Of a stretch of 32,000 nucleotides of DNA, positions 8,627-16,440 are shown one piece after another. Within the stretch, counting starts at the first letter, position 1. Every line of letters starts with the position of its first letter. The notes under the pieces are model-generated. The model saw only the letters and a list, made by a program, of their open reading frames with translations, had not been told where the DNA came from and made no database searches. This stretch comes from Nostoc punctiforme PCC 73102 (GTDB taxonomy: Bacteria; Cyanobacteriota; Cyanobacteriia; Cyanobacteriales; Nostocaceae). The stretch spans positions 3,900,001-3,932,000 of the forward strand of contig NC_010628.1 of NCBI RefSeq assembly GCF_000020025.1, in the 5' to 3' direction. The translations under genes were made by a program, and so were the position numbers.

Positions 8627-9642
8627 AAAGAACCGAGCGAGTTGTTGAGAACTTAAATCGTGCCCTACATCATATATTTGCTGTAGATCCTCAAGTTTTT
8701 TTAATTGGTGAAGATATCCTCGACCCCTATGGAGGAGCATTCAAAGTTGGTAAAGGATTATCTTCTAATTACCCAGATAGAGTTTTAACTACACCAATTA
8801 GCGAAGAAGCAATTGTGGGGATAGGTGGTGGTTTAGCTTTGTGTGGCAATAAACCTATTATCGAAATCATGTTTGGTGATTTCATTGCCTTGGGATTCGA
8901 TCAGATTTTAAATTTTGCTTCCAAATCTGTATCAATGTATGGCACAAAATTAGACTTAAATATGATTGTTCGCTGTGCAGTGGGTGGTAACAGAGGATAT
9001 GGCCCGACTCATAGCCAAAGTTTGCAAAAGCATTTTGTTGGTATTCCCAATTTATATTTATTTGAATTATCGCCATTGCATGATAATATTGCAGTGTTTG
9101 AAAAGTTGGTTAATTTAACTTTTCCCTGCATCTTTTTTGAAGATAAGGTACTCTATACTCAAAGAATTTATGCTGATGGATTGATTGACGATCTGTTTAG
9201 TTATGAATTTTTAGATTCTGCCAAGAATTTCGCTAGAATTTATGCCGATAGTTTTGAAGAAAATAACTGCTTGCTAATTTCACCAGGAGGATTAGTACCA
9301 AGATGTTTAGCTGCGGCGCGGGAATTATTTATTGATTGGGAAATTGAAACTCAGATTATTGTTCCCAGTCAACTATATCCTTTTGAATTAGAAACCATCA
9401 TCGATTTATTAGCAGATAGCACTCATATCTTTATTGTGGAAGATAGTGTAGCTGGCGGTACATGGGGGAGTGAAGTTGCTCATCAAATCTACAGTAGGCT
9501 TTGGGGTAAGTTAAAAAATCCTGTCAAATTGATTCACTCAAAAAATAGTATTATTCCTTCTTCTGCTCATTTAGAGAAGCAGGTGATTGTGCAGAAAGAA
9601 GATATTTGCAATTCTGTCAAGGAAGCCGTATTGTATGTATGA
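8611..9642 (+). CDS. 2-oxoacid dehydrogenase E1 component, beta subunit
   Basis: 'IGEDILDPYGGAFKVGKGL...RVLTTPISEEAIVGIGGGLAL...PIIEIMFGDFIALGFDQILNFASK' matches the transketolase-like pyrimidine-binding domain of E1beta. The start overlaps the E1alpha stop by 16 nt. Confidence 0.9.
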   Translation: METTLKRTERVVENLNRALHHIFAVDPQVFLIGEDILDPYGGAFKVGKGLSSNYPDRVLTTPISEEAIVGIGGGLALCGNKPIIEIMFGDFIALGFDQILNFASKSVSMYGTKLDLNMIVRCAVGGNRGYGPTHSQSLQKHFVGIPNLYLFELSPLHDNIAVFEKLVNLTFPCIFFEDKVLYTQRIYADGLIDDLFSYEFLDSAKNFARIYADSFEENNCLLISPGGLVPRCLAAARELFIDWEIETQIIVPSQLYPFELETIIDLLADSTHIFIVEDSVAGGTWGSEVAHQIYSRLWGKLKNPVKLIHSKNSIIPSSAHLEKQVIVQKEDICNSVKEAVLYV

Positions 9643-10738
9643 GATAATTCTGCCAAAATTTAATAATAATGATGAGAGCTATACGTTGTTATACTGGTTG
9701 TCTGATATAGGTAAGCCAGTAAATAAAGAAGAAGCGATCGCAATATTTGAAACGTCCAAAGCAGCTTTTGATTTAGAGAGTGAAGCAGAGGGTATTTTGC
9801 ATACCTTACCTGAAGCGGGTGATGAATGCAAACCTGGAGATGTCATTGGATATTTATTTGAAACTGAAGCAGAAAGACAAGATTTTCTCAATAGCTCAGG
9901 AAAGAAAGCAAAGATAACGAATGATAAATCTTTAACTATTACCAAGGTTGCTCAAGAATTAATTGATAAACATGGTATTTCTGAAGAAAATATCAGAAAA
10001 TTAGGTAAGAATATTATTAAAAGACCAGATATTGAAAAGTTAATTAGCGAACAGAGTCGAGATGAAGTTACTGGTTTAGAAATATCTCGCCAACAAATGG
10101 CGATCGCCCGCGTAGTCACCCAATCGCATACACAAATTCCCAAAGCATTTTTGTTGATGAAAATCTACGGTGATGCTGCAACTCAAATGTTAAGTGACTA
10201 TGGAAAAAAACATGATATTATTATCGGCTTACCAGAACTATTAATTAAAATCACAGCTACTTTACTATCAGAATTTCCGTTTTTCTTTGGTAGCTTAATT
10301 GATGACAATAGATTCATGCCTGGAGAAGTGGCTAATATCGGAGTTACCCTTGATTTAGGCAAAGGTTTATTTATTCCTGTAATTAAAAATGTCGGTGAAA
10401 TATCTCTAGCAGATATCGCCAATAAATTGATGGAATTCAGATTGAAAGCTATGCGCGGTCAGTTTAATGAAGAAGAATTGAATCAGGGAAATATTTCTCT
10501 TTCTATTAATATGGATAAAGATTCTCTAGTAACAATTCCGATCATTCTACCTTCTCAAAGTTGTATGTTATCTCTTGGAGGAATCCAAGAAGAACTTTAT
10601 TTAGGCTCTGAACAAAATGTCAAGAATCGTAGCTATATAAATTTAGGACTTGCTTACGACCACAGAGTTATTAATGGTCGAGAAGCTGCTCAATTTTTAA
10701 CTAAAATTAAGACTAAAGTTGAACAACCAAGTATATAA
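9635..10738 (+). CDS. lipoyl-domain dihydrolipoamide acyltransferase (E2)-like protein
   Basis: N-terminal lipoyl domain with 'ETSKA' (Lys codon 9758-9760). A peripheral-subunit-binding-like segment 'ITKVAQELIDKHGISEENIRKLG'. C-terminal 2-oxoacid dehydrogenase acyltransferase domain with catalytic 'AYDHRVINGREAAQFL' (His codon 10661-10663), where Asn replaces the Asp of the canonical DHRxxDG. The start was chosen at ATG 9635 (ATGTATGA overlap with the E1beta stop) rather than the track's 9587, because 'MYEIILPKF' is where lipoyl domains begin. Confidence 0.87.
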   Translation: MYEIILPKFNNNDESYTLLYWLSDIGKPVNKEEAIAIFETSKAAFDLESEAEGILHTLPEAGDECKPGDVIGYLFETEAERQDFLNSSGKKAKITNDKSLTITKVAQELIDKHGISEENIRKLGKNIIKRPDIEKLISEQSRDEVTGLEISRQQMAIARVVTQSHTQIPKAFLLMKIYGDAATQMLSDYGKKHDIIIGLPELLIKITATLLSEFPFFFGSLIDDNRFMPGEVANIGVTLDLGKGLFIPVIKNVGEISLADIANKLMEFRLKAMRGQFNEEELNQGNISLSINMDKDSLVTIPIILPSQSCMLSLGGIQEELYLGSEQNVKNRSYINLGLAYDHRVINGREAAQFLTKIKTKVEQPSI

Positions 10739-10815
10739 GTATCACCATCTGCATCCATAGGTCGTTAATTTAATTCTTCATCCCAGCATCAGGGTAAAAA
10801 CTAGAGGAAATAATT

Positions 10816-13800
10816 ATGGGTAAACTTCCAGAGCGCATCACGAATCTTTCAGCTACTAAACTAGCGCTCTTGGTACAACAAATGCGTGCCAAAACTGATG
10901 GAATCGAACTGTTAAACGCCGAACCTATTGCAATTATTGGTATGGGTTGCCGATTTCCTGGTGGAAGTGATAACCCTGAAGCATTTTGGCAGAATCTTCG
11001 TAATGGTGTTGACGCTATTAGCGAAATTCCGCCAGACCGTTGGGATGCAGACGCATATTATGACCCTAATCCTGATGCACCAGGCAAAATGTATTCCCGA
11101 TATGGTGGTTTTATTGGTCAAATCGACAAATTCGAGCCAGAATTTTTCGGTATCTCGCCACGGGAAGCGCAGAGTCTCGATCCCCAGCAACGGTTAATGT
11201 TGGAAGTCAGCTGGGAAGCGCTGGAAAATGCCGGGATTCCTCTGAATCAATTGCAGAGAAGTAAAACAGGCGTTTTTGTTGGTATTACCACCACAGATTA
11301 CCTGCAATTGCAGACTGGTCTTGCAGATGATGAACTGATAAATGCTTATACAAATTCTGGCGGAGCAATTAATTTTGCGGCTGGTAGATTATCTTATTTT
11401 TTAGGATTACAAGGGCCGAGTTTAGCTGTAGAAACCGCCTGTTCGTCATCTTTAGTAGCAGTTCATTTAGCTTGTCAAAGTCTGCGTAATCAAGAAAGTG
11501 ATTTGGCGATCGCAGCTGGTGTTAACCTAATTGTCATACCGGAGATGAACGTCAGGCTGTGTAAAGCCAAGATGATTGCCACTGACGGACGTTGCAAAAC
11601 CTTTGATAGCAGTGCGGATGGTTTTGGACGTTCTGAAGGTTGCGGTGTTTTGGTACTGAAACGCCTTTCCCAAGCATTAGCCGACGGTAACAACATCGTA
11701 GCTTTGATTCGCGGTTCGGCAGTCAATCAAGATGGTTCTAGCAGTGGTCTCACCGTACCCAACGGATTAGCACAACAAGCAGTAGTACGGCAAGCATTAG
11801 CCAACGCCGGACTAGAACCCCATCAAGTTAGCTATATCGAAACCCACGGTACTGGCACATCTTTGGGAGATCCGATTGAGGTAAATGCCTTGGGTGCAGT
11901 GTTTGGTAAAGAAAAAACAGCTAATCAACCCTTAATGTTAGGGTCTGTCAAAACCAATATTGGTCATACAGAGGCAGCAGCAGGCGTAGCTGGCATCATT
12001 AAAGTAGCTTTAGCGCTACAGCATCAAGAAATTCCACCACATCTGCATTTTCAAACACCCAACCCTCACATTGCTTGGCAGGATTTACCAGTTGCAGTTC
12101 CGACTAAGCTGACACCTTGGCTACCACACGAACAACGCCGCATTGCTGGGGTAAGTTCTTTTGGTGCAAGTGGGACAAATGCTCATATAGTATTGGAAGA
12201 AGCACCTGTGAAGAAAGTAGGGGGAGCAGGGGAGCAGGGGAGTAGAGGAGAAGAAATTACAGAGCGTCCTTTACATCTATTAACACTGTCAGCCAAACAT
12301 CCCCAAGCTCTGAGTGAAATTGCACAACGCTACATCAAATACTTTTCATCTCACCCAGATATACTTCTTGGCAACATCACCCACGCCTCACAAGTTGGCA
12401 GAACCCATTTCTCACATCGCCTTGCAATCATCGCCGCAGACAACGCACATATCCAACAACAGTTGCAAGCCTACCTCGACACCACCGAAGTCATCGGTAT
12501 CTATCACGGACAGGCTAGCCAGCAAACTAAAAAAATTGCTTTTCTCTTTACTGGACAAGGGTCACAGTATCGCCACATGGGTCGCCAACTTTACCAAACT
12601 CAGCCTAGTTTCCGTCAAACACTCGACGAATGCGATACCTTACTGCAACCTTTGTTAGGCGAATCAATTTTACAGGTGATATTCTCTGACAATTTAGAAG
12701 ATACTCGCCTCGATCAAACTGCCTACACTCAAGTTGCATTATTTGTTATAGAATACGCTCTTGCTCAACTTTGGTTGTCTTGGGGTATCCGTCCTCATGC
12801 TGTACTCGGTCACAGTGTCGGTGAGTATGTCGCTGCTTGCATTGCTGGTATTTTTTCCCTAGAAGACGCACTGAAATTAATTGTGCAACGTGCTGCTTTA
12901 ATGCAAGGACTACCTCAAGGTGGAGGAATGGCAGCAGTATTCACCACGGTAGAGCAAGTTACACCGTTAATTGCTGACTATCCACAACAGTTGAGTCTTG
13001 CCGCTATCAATGGCGAACACAGCATTGTCTTATCTGGGGAATTAGAGATACTCACAACAGTGCTGCAAAAATTAGAAAGTGAGGGTATTGAAACCAGAAG
13101 ATTGCAAGTATCCCATGCTTTTCACTCGCCCTTAATGCAGCCAATGCTGACAGAGTTTGCCAAAGTAGCAGCATCAGTAAAATATCAACAGCCGCAATTA
13201 GATATTATCTCCAATGTCACAGGTAAGATTGTCAGACATGAGGAAATGTCAAATGCGACTTACTGGGTAGAGCATATCCTCGCAAGTGTGCAATTTGCTG
13301 CCAGTATGCAGACATTGTATCAAGCACGATATGAGGTATTTATAGAAGTCGGTTCCCATCCGACATTGTTGGGAATGGCACGGCGCGAGTGTCCCGAACA
13401 CTTGGATATGGAAGGATTATGGCTGGCTTCGCTGCGTAAAGGTAGAGAAGATTGGCAGCAGTTGTTAGATTCCGTGGCACAGTTGTATGTGGCGGGAGTA
13501 GAGGTTGATTGGCGGCGTTTTGAGGCTGATTATCCGCGCTCTCAGGTAATTTTGCCGAATTATCCTTGGCAAATACAGCGTTATTGGGTGAGTGATGGCA
13601 AGAAAAAGCGATCGCCCCTGCAAAAACTATTACATCCCTTACTCGGTCAAAGATTGCGATCGCCCTTAGCTGACACAATTATCTTTGAGAGACAACTCAG
13701 CACAGCCGATGTGCCCTTCATTGACGATCACCGTATCTACGGTATGGTAGTAGTTCCCACAGTTGCCTACTTAGAGATGGCTTGGGCAGCTGCTACGGAA

Positions 13801-16440
13801 GTCATTGGTAAGGGTGTTTGTGTTTTAGAACAAGTTGCTATCCGCGAGGCATTCGTACTGGCAGAGGGTGAAACCCGCACTACACAATTACTTCTCACAC
13901 CAGACGACAAAGGATATACTTTCCAAATCTTCAGCTTGGCATCCCCGGAAAAAGAAGACGGAACCGCTTGGAATCTCCACGCATCTGGTAAGCTGCGAGT
14001 TGAGCCTATACCAGAACACCAAATCATTGCAGATTTCTCACCCACAGCACTACAAGAACGCAGTCTGCAAGAACTATCCGGTGGAGTGTTCTATCCTTGC
14101 TTACACAAACGCGGACTAGAATTTGGCTCTAGCTTTTTGGGTATAGAAACACTCTGGAAACTCCAGAACGAAGTGTTAGCAAAAATTCAAATGCCAGTAT
14201 CCATCATGGCAGAGGCGGGTAATTATAATATGCACCCAGCCCAATTTGATGCTTGCTTGCAGTTGTTTTTGGCTGACTTACCCAGTGAAGATGATGTGTT
14301 CATCCCCATTGGTTTAGATAAGTTGTGCTTTTACGGGCAACCCACGACTGAGTTGTGGTCATATATGCGTCTGCACATTGGTAATACACCCAACCCAGAA
14401 ACCTTTGATGTGGATGTCTGTATTGTAAATCCGGCTGGTGAGGTGGTAGCCCAAGTTGAGAAAATGCACCTCAAACGTGCGCCCAGAAAAGCTTTACAGC
14501 GCATTGCCCAGAAGAGTTTACATGATTGGCTGTATGAAATTAAATGGCAACCAAAAGTCCTACAGTCGCCTATCCAAGCTACTGTAACGGGGCATTGGCT
14601 GATCCTAGCTGACCACAGTGCGATCGCAGTAGAATTAGCCGAGTTCATAGAAAAATCTGGGCAAACTTGCAAGTTAGTCTTTGCCAGTCAGGAATACCAT
14701 CGTCAAGACTTTGAACAACTGTTCGAGAATTGTGCAAAAGATCAAGAATTGCGTGGTGTAATTTATCTGTGGGGAATAGATTCGACTTTAACAGATAAAA
14801 CTTCTGCCAGTTTCCCCGCTTTGCTTCAAGCTTTAGTCGCCGCAAAATTATCTCAGCAACCCAAGTTATGGTTAGTTACACGGGGTTGTGTACCTGTGGA
14901 GTTAAAACCAGGAGAATTGAGTATTGCCCAAACTCCTCTCTGGGGATTGGGAAGAACCCTAGCTGTAGAACACCCGGATTTGTGGGGAGGATTAATCGAT
15001 TTAGATCCAGGAACAAGCTTAGTCGAGCAAGCATCAAGTTTGCGGACTGAAATTAACCATCCAACTGAAGAACAAGTCGCTTTTCGGGCTGGACAACGCT
15101 ATGTACCTCGGTTGTTGCGCTATCAACCGTCATTCTCGGTAGAACCTCTAAAAATTAAATCTAACGCTACGTATTTAATTACGGGTTGTTTTGATGATAT
15201 TCACGTGAATCTTGCCAGTTGGCTAATTGAAAAAGGCGCTGAACATCTCGTGTTGATGGGAGAAGGAGAACCTGCACCAGAAATTTGCGATCGCCTCAAG
15301 CAAATGCACGCAATTAATCCAACTGTAGTATTATTTAACTTCAGTAGCTCCAAGTCAGAACAAGTCGCAAATGTTTTTCAATATATTGAAGACAAACTGC
15401 CAAGTCTATCTGGTATCATCCATACCGAAGGTATACACGAAGACAGCATACTTTTACATCAAACACGAGATGGGTTTGGTAGAGTCCTCGCAGCCAAGGT
15501 AACAGGAGCCTGGAATCTGCATATTCTCACTCAGGAAATCCCCTTAGACTTCTTTGTAATGTTTTCCTCAGCGTTATGCCTACTAGGTTCGCCTGGACAA
15601 GGTAATTACGCTGCGGCTAACGCTTTTGTTGATGCTTTAGCCCACTATCGTCAATCTCTGGGTTTACCTGCTCTGAGTGTTAACTGGGCACCTTGGGGGC
15701 ATCAAGATAATCCTATTGTCCGACGCTGGGCAACTTGGGGCGTAGATACAATTGATTGGCAACAAAGTTTGAAAATTTTAGAACAACTACTGACTGATAA
15801 TGTCGCGCAAGTTGCCGTCATGCCAGTGCAGTGGAGCAAGTTTACTCAAGCCTTTCCTAGAGGAAAAAAAGAGGCAGAGGGGCAGAGGGGATGGGGAGCA
15901 GAGGGGAAAGAAGATGGACTTTTGCCCACAAGGGAAGGGGCTTATAACGAAAATATTTTTTCTGCTCTGCTCGTCTATCCAGGATCTCTGCTTTCTTCTC
16001 AACCGAAATCTTCGCCAGCATCCCAGTTATACGAACGTTTAGAAAACGCTCCTCCCAGCAGACGCAAAGACTTAATATTTGAAGCCGTACAAGGGGAGGT
16101 TGCCAAAGTCTTGCGGATGAAATCAGCCCAGGTAGATGGGAAAAAGCCTTTTAACACAATGGGTATGGATTCTCTGACAGCAGTGGAACTGCGAAACGCC
16201 CTCATGGAATTGTTGAAAGTAACATTACCTGCAACCCTTGTCTTTGAATATCCCAGCCTAGAAAGCTTGTCTGAGTATTTAGCTGAGTTGGTGATTCTCA
16301 AAATCCCATCGTCCGCAACAAAGGAACTACCTACTGCTCCCAGCAAGATTAACTTGGCTGTAGAGCAAATGGAACAGTTTTCCGAAGATGAGCTAGAAGC
16401 CCTACTAGCTCAAGAACTGGCAACTCTTAATGAGTCATGA
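10816..16440 (+). CDS. modular type I polyketide synthase, one module: KS-AT-DH-KR*-ACP (KR cofactor site degenerate)
   Basis: N-terminal helical docking-like segment. KS Cys in 'ETACSSSL' (11440-11442), 'THGTGT', 'NIGH'. AT 'GQGSQ', 'TAYTQ', 'GHSVGE' (Ser 12814-12816), 'HAFH' (malonyl-type signature). DH 'HPLLG', 'DDHRIYGMVVVP' (His 13729-13731), 'HPAQFDACLQ'. KR region with 'TGCFDDIHVN' in place of TGGxGxxG. ACP 'GMDSL' (Ser 16171-16173). Acidic C-terminal helix 'FSEDELEALLAQEL'. Confidence 0.95.
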   Translation: MGKLPERITNLSATKLALLVQQMRAKTDGIELLNAEPIAIIGMGCRFPGGSDNPEAFWQNLRNGVDAISEIPPDRWDADAYYDPNPDAPGKMYSRYGGFIGQIDKFEPEFFGISPREAQSLDPQQRLMLEVSWEALENAGIPLNQLQRSKTGVFVGITTTDYLQLQTGLADDELINAYTNSGGAINFAAGRLSYFLGLQGPSLAVETACSSSLVAVHLACQSLRNQESDLAIAAGVNLIVIPEMNVRLCKAKMIATDGRCKTFDSSADGFGRSEGCGVLVLKRLSQALADGNNIVALIRGSAVNQDGSSSGLTVPNGLAQQAVVRQALANAGLEPHQVSYIETHGTGTSLGDPIEVNALGAVFGKEKTANQPLMLGSVKTNIGHTEAAAGVAGIIKVALALQHQEIPPHLHFQTPNPHIAWQDLPVAVPTKLTPWLPHEQRRIAGVSSFGASGTNAHIVLEEAPVKKVGGAGEQGSRGEEITERPLHLLTLSAKHPQALSEIAQRYIKYFSSHPDILLGNITHASQVGRTHFSHRLAIIAADNAHIQQQLQAYLDTTEVIGIYHGQASQQTKKIAFLFTGQGSQYRHMGRQLYQTQPSFRQTLDECDTLLQPLLGESILQVIFSDNLEDTRLDQTAYTQVALFVIEYALAQLWLSWGIRPHAVLGHSVGEYVAACIAGIFSLEDALKLIVQRAALMQGLPQGGGMAAVFTTVEQVTPLIADYPQQLSLAAINGEHSIVLSGELEILTTVLQKLESEGIETRRLQVSHAFHSPLMQPMLTEFAKVAASVKYQQPQLDIISNVTGKIVRHEEMSNATYWVEHILASVQFAASMQTLYQARYEVFIEVGSHPTLLGMARRECPEHLDMEGLWLASLRKGREDWQQLLDSVAQLYVAGVEVDWRRFEADYPRSQVILPNYPWQIQRYWVSDGKKKRSPLQKLLHPLLGQRLRSPLADTIIFERQLSTADVPFIDDHRIYGMVVVPTVAYLEMAWAAATEVIGKGVCVLEQVAIREAFVLAEGETRTTQLLLTPDDKGYTFQIFSLASPEKEDGTAWNLHASGKLRVEPIPEHQIIADFSPTALQERSLQELSGGVFYPCLHKRGLEFGSSFLGIETLWKLQNEVLAKIQMPVSIMAEAGNYNMHPAQFDACLQLFLADLPSEDDVFIPIGLDKLCFYGQPTTELWSYMRLHIGNTPNPETFDVDVCIVNPAGEVVAQVEKMHLKRAPRKALQRIAQKSLHDWLYEIKWQPKVLQSPIQATVTGHWLILADHSAIAVELAEFIEKSGQTCKLVFASQEYHRQDFEQLFENCAKDQELRGVIYLWGIDSTLTDKTSASFPALLQALVAAKLSQQPKLWLVTRGCVPVELKPGELSIAQTPLWGLGRTLAVEHPDLWGGLIDLDPGTSLVEQASSLRTEINHPTEEQVAFRAGQRYVPRLLRYQPSFSVEPLKIKSNATYLITGCFDDIHVNLASWLIEKGAEHLVLMGEGEPAPEICDRLKQMHAINPTVVLFNFSSSKSEQVANVFQYIEDKLPSLSGIIHTEGIHEDSILLHQTRDGFGRVLAAKVTGAWNLHILTQEIPLDFFVMFSSALCLLGSPGQGNYAAANAFVDALAHYRQSLGLPALSVNWAPWGHQDNPIVRRWATWGVDTIDWQQSLKILEQLLTDNVAQVAVMPVQWSKFTQAFPRGKKEAEGQRGWGAEGKEDGLLPTREGAYNENIFSALLVYPGSLLSSQPKSSPASQLYERLENAPPSRRKDLIFEAVQGEVAKVLRMKSAQVDGKKPFNTMGMDSLTAVELRNALMELLKVTLPATLVFEYPSLESLSEYLAELVILKIPSSATKELPTAPSKINLAVEQMEQFSEDELEALLAQELATLNES
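12221..12252 (+). repeat. in-frame 8-nt tandem array (GGGGAGCA x ~4) at the KS2/KS-AT-linker boundary
   Basis: Read directly: ggggagca ggggagca ggggagta gaggagaa. Encodes 'GGAGEQGSRGEE'. Followed by the conserved 'ITERPLHLLTLSAK'. Confidence 0.85.
15166..15700 (+). other. KR domain of PKS2 with a destroyed NADPH-binding signature (predicted inactive, KR0)
   Basis: Aligned by eye to the KRs of PKS1 and PKS3. 'TGGLGALG' becomes 'TGCFDDIH' (15181-15204), 'SRR' becomes 'GEG', 'ADV' becomes 'FNF', and 'HAAG' becomes 'HTEG'. The Lys ('AAKVTG'), Ser ('FSS') and Tyr ('NYAAAN') positions are retained. Confidence 0.7.
15871..15910 (+). repeat. in-frame 8-nt tandem array (GGGGCAGA-type x ~5) in the KR2-ACP2 linker
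   Basis: Read directly: gaggcaga ggggcaga ggggatgg ggagcaga ggggaaag. Encodes 'EAEGQRGWGAEGK'. Confidence 0.8.

Noticed and set aside
9587-9634. Track start of the E2 ORF (MCRKKIFAILSRKPYC...).
   Set aside because: It would overlap E1beta by 56 nt. ATG 9635 gives a canonical lipoyl-domain N-terminus and an ATGTATGA stop/start overlap.
7678-10792. Shared 11-mer CCCAGCATCAG upstream of the E1alpha ATG (7678-7688) and upstream of PKS2 (10782-10792), considered as a regulatory motif.
   Set aside because: About 120 identical 11-mer pairs are expected by chance within 32 kb (N^2/2 divided by 4^11), so this is not significant on its own.
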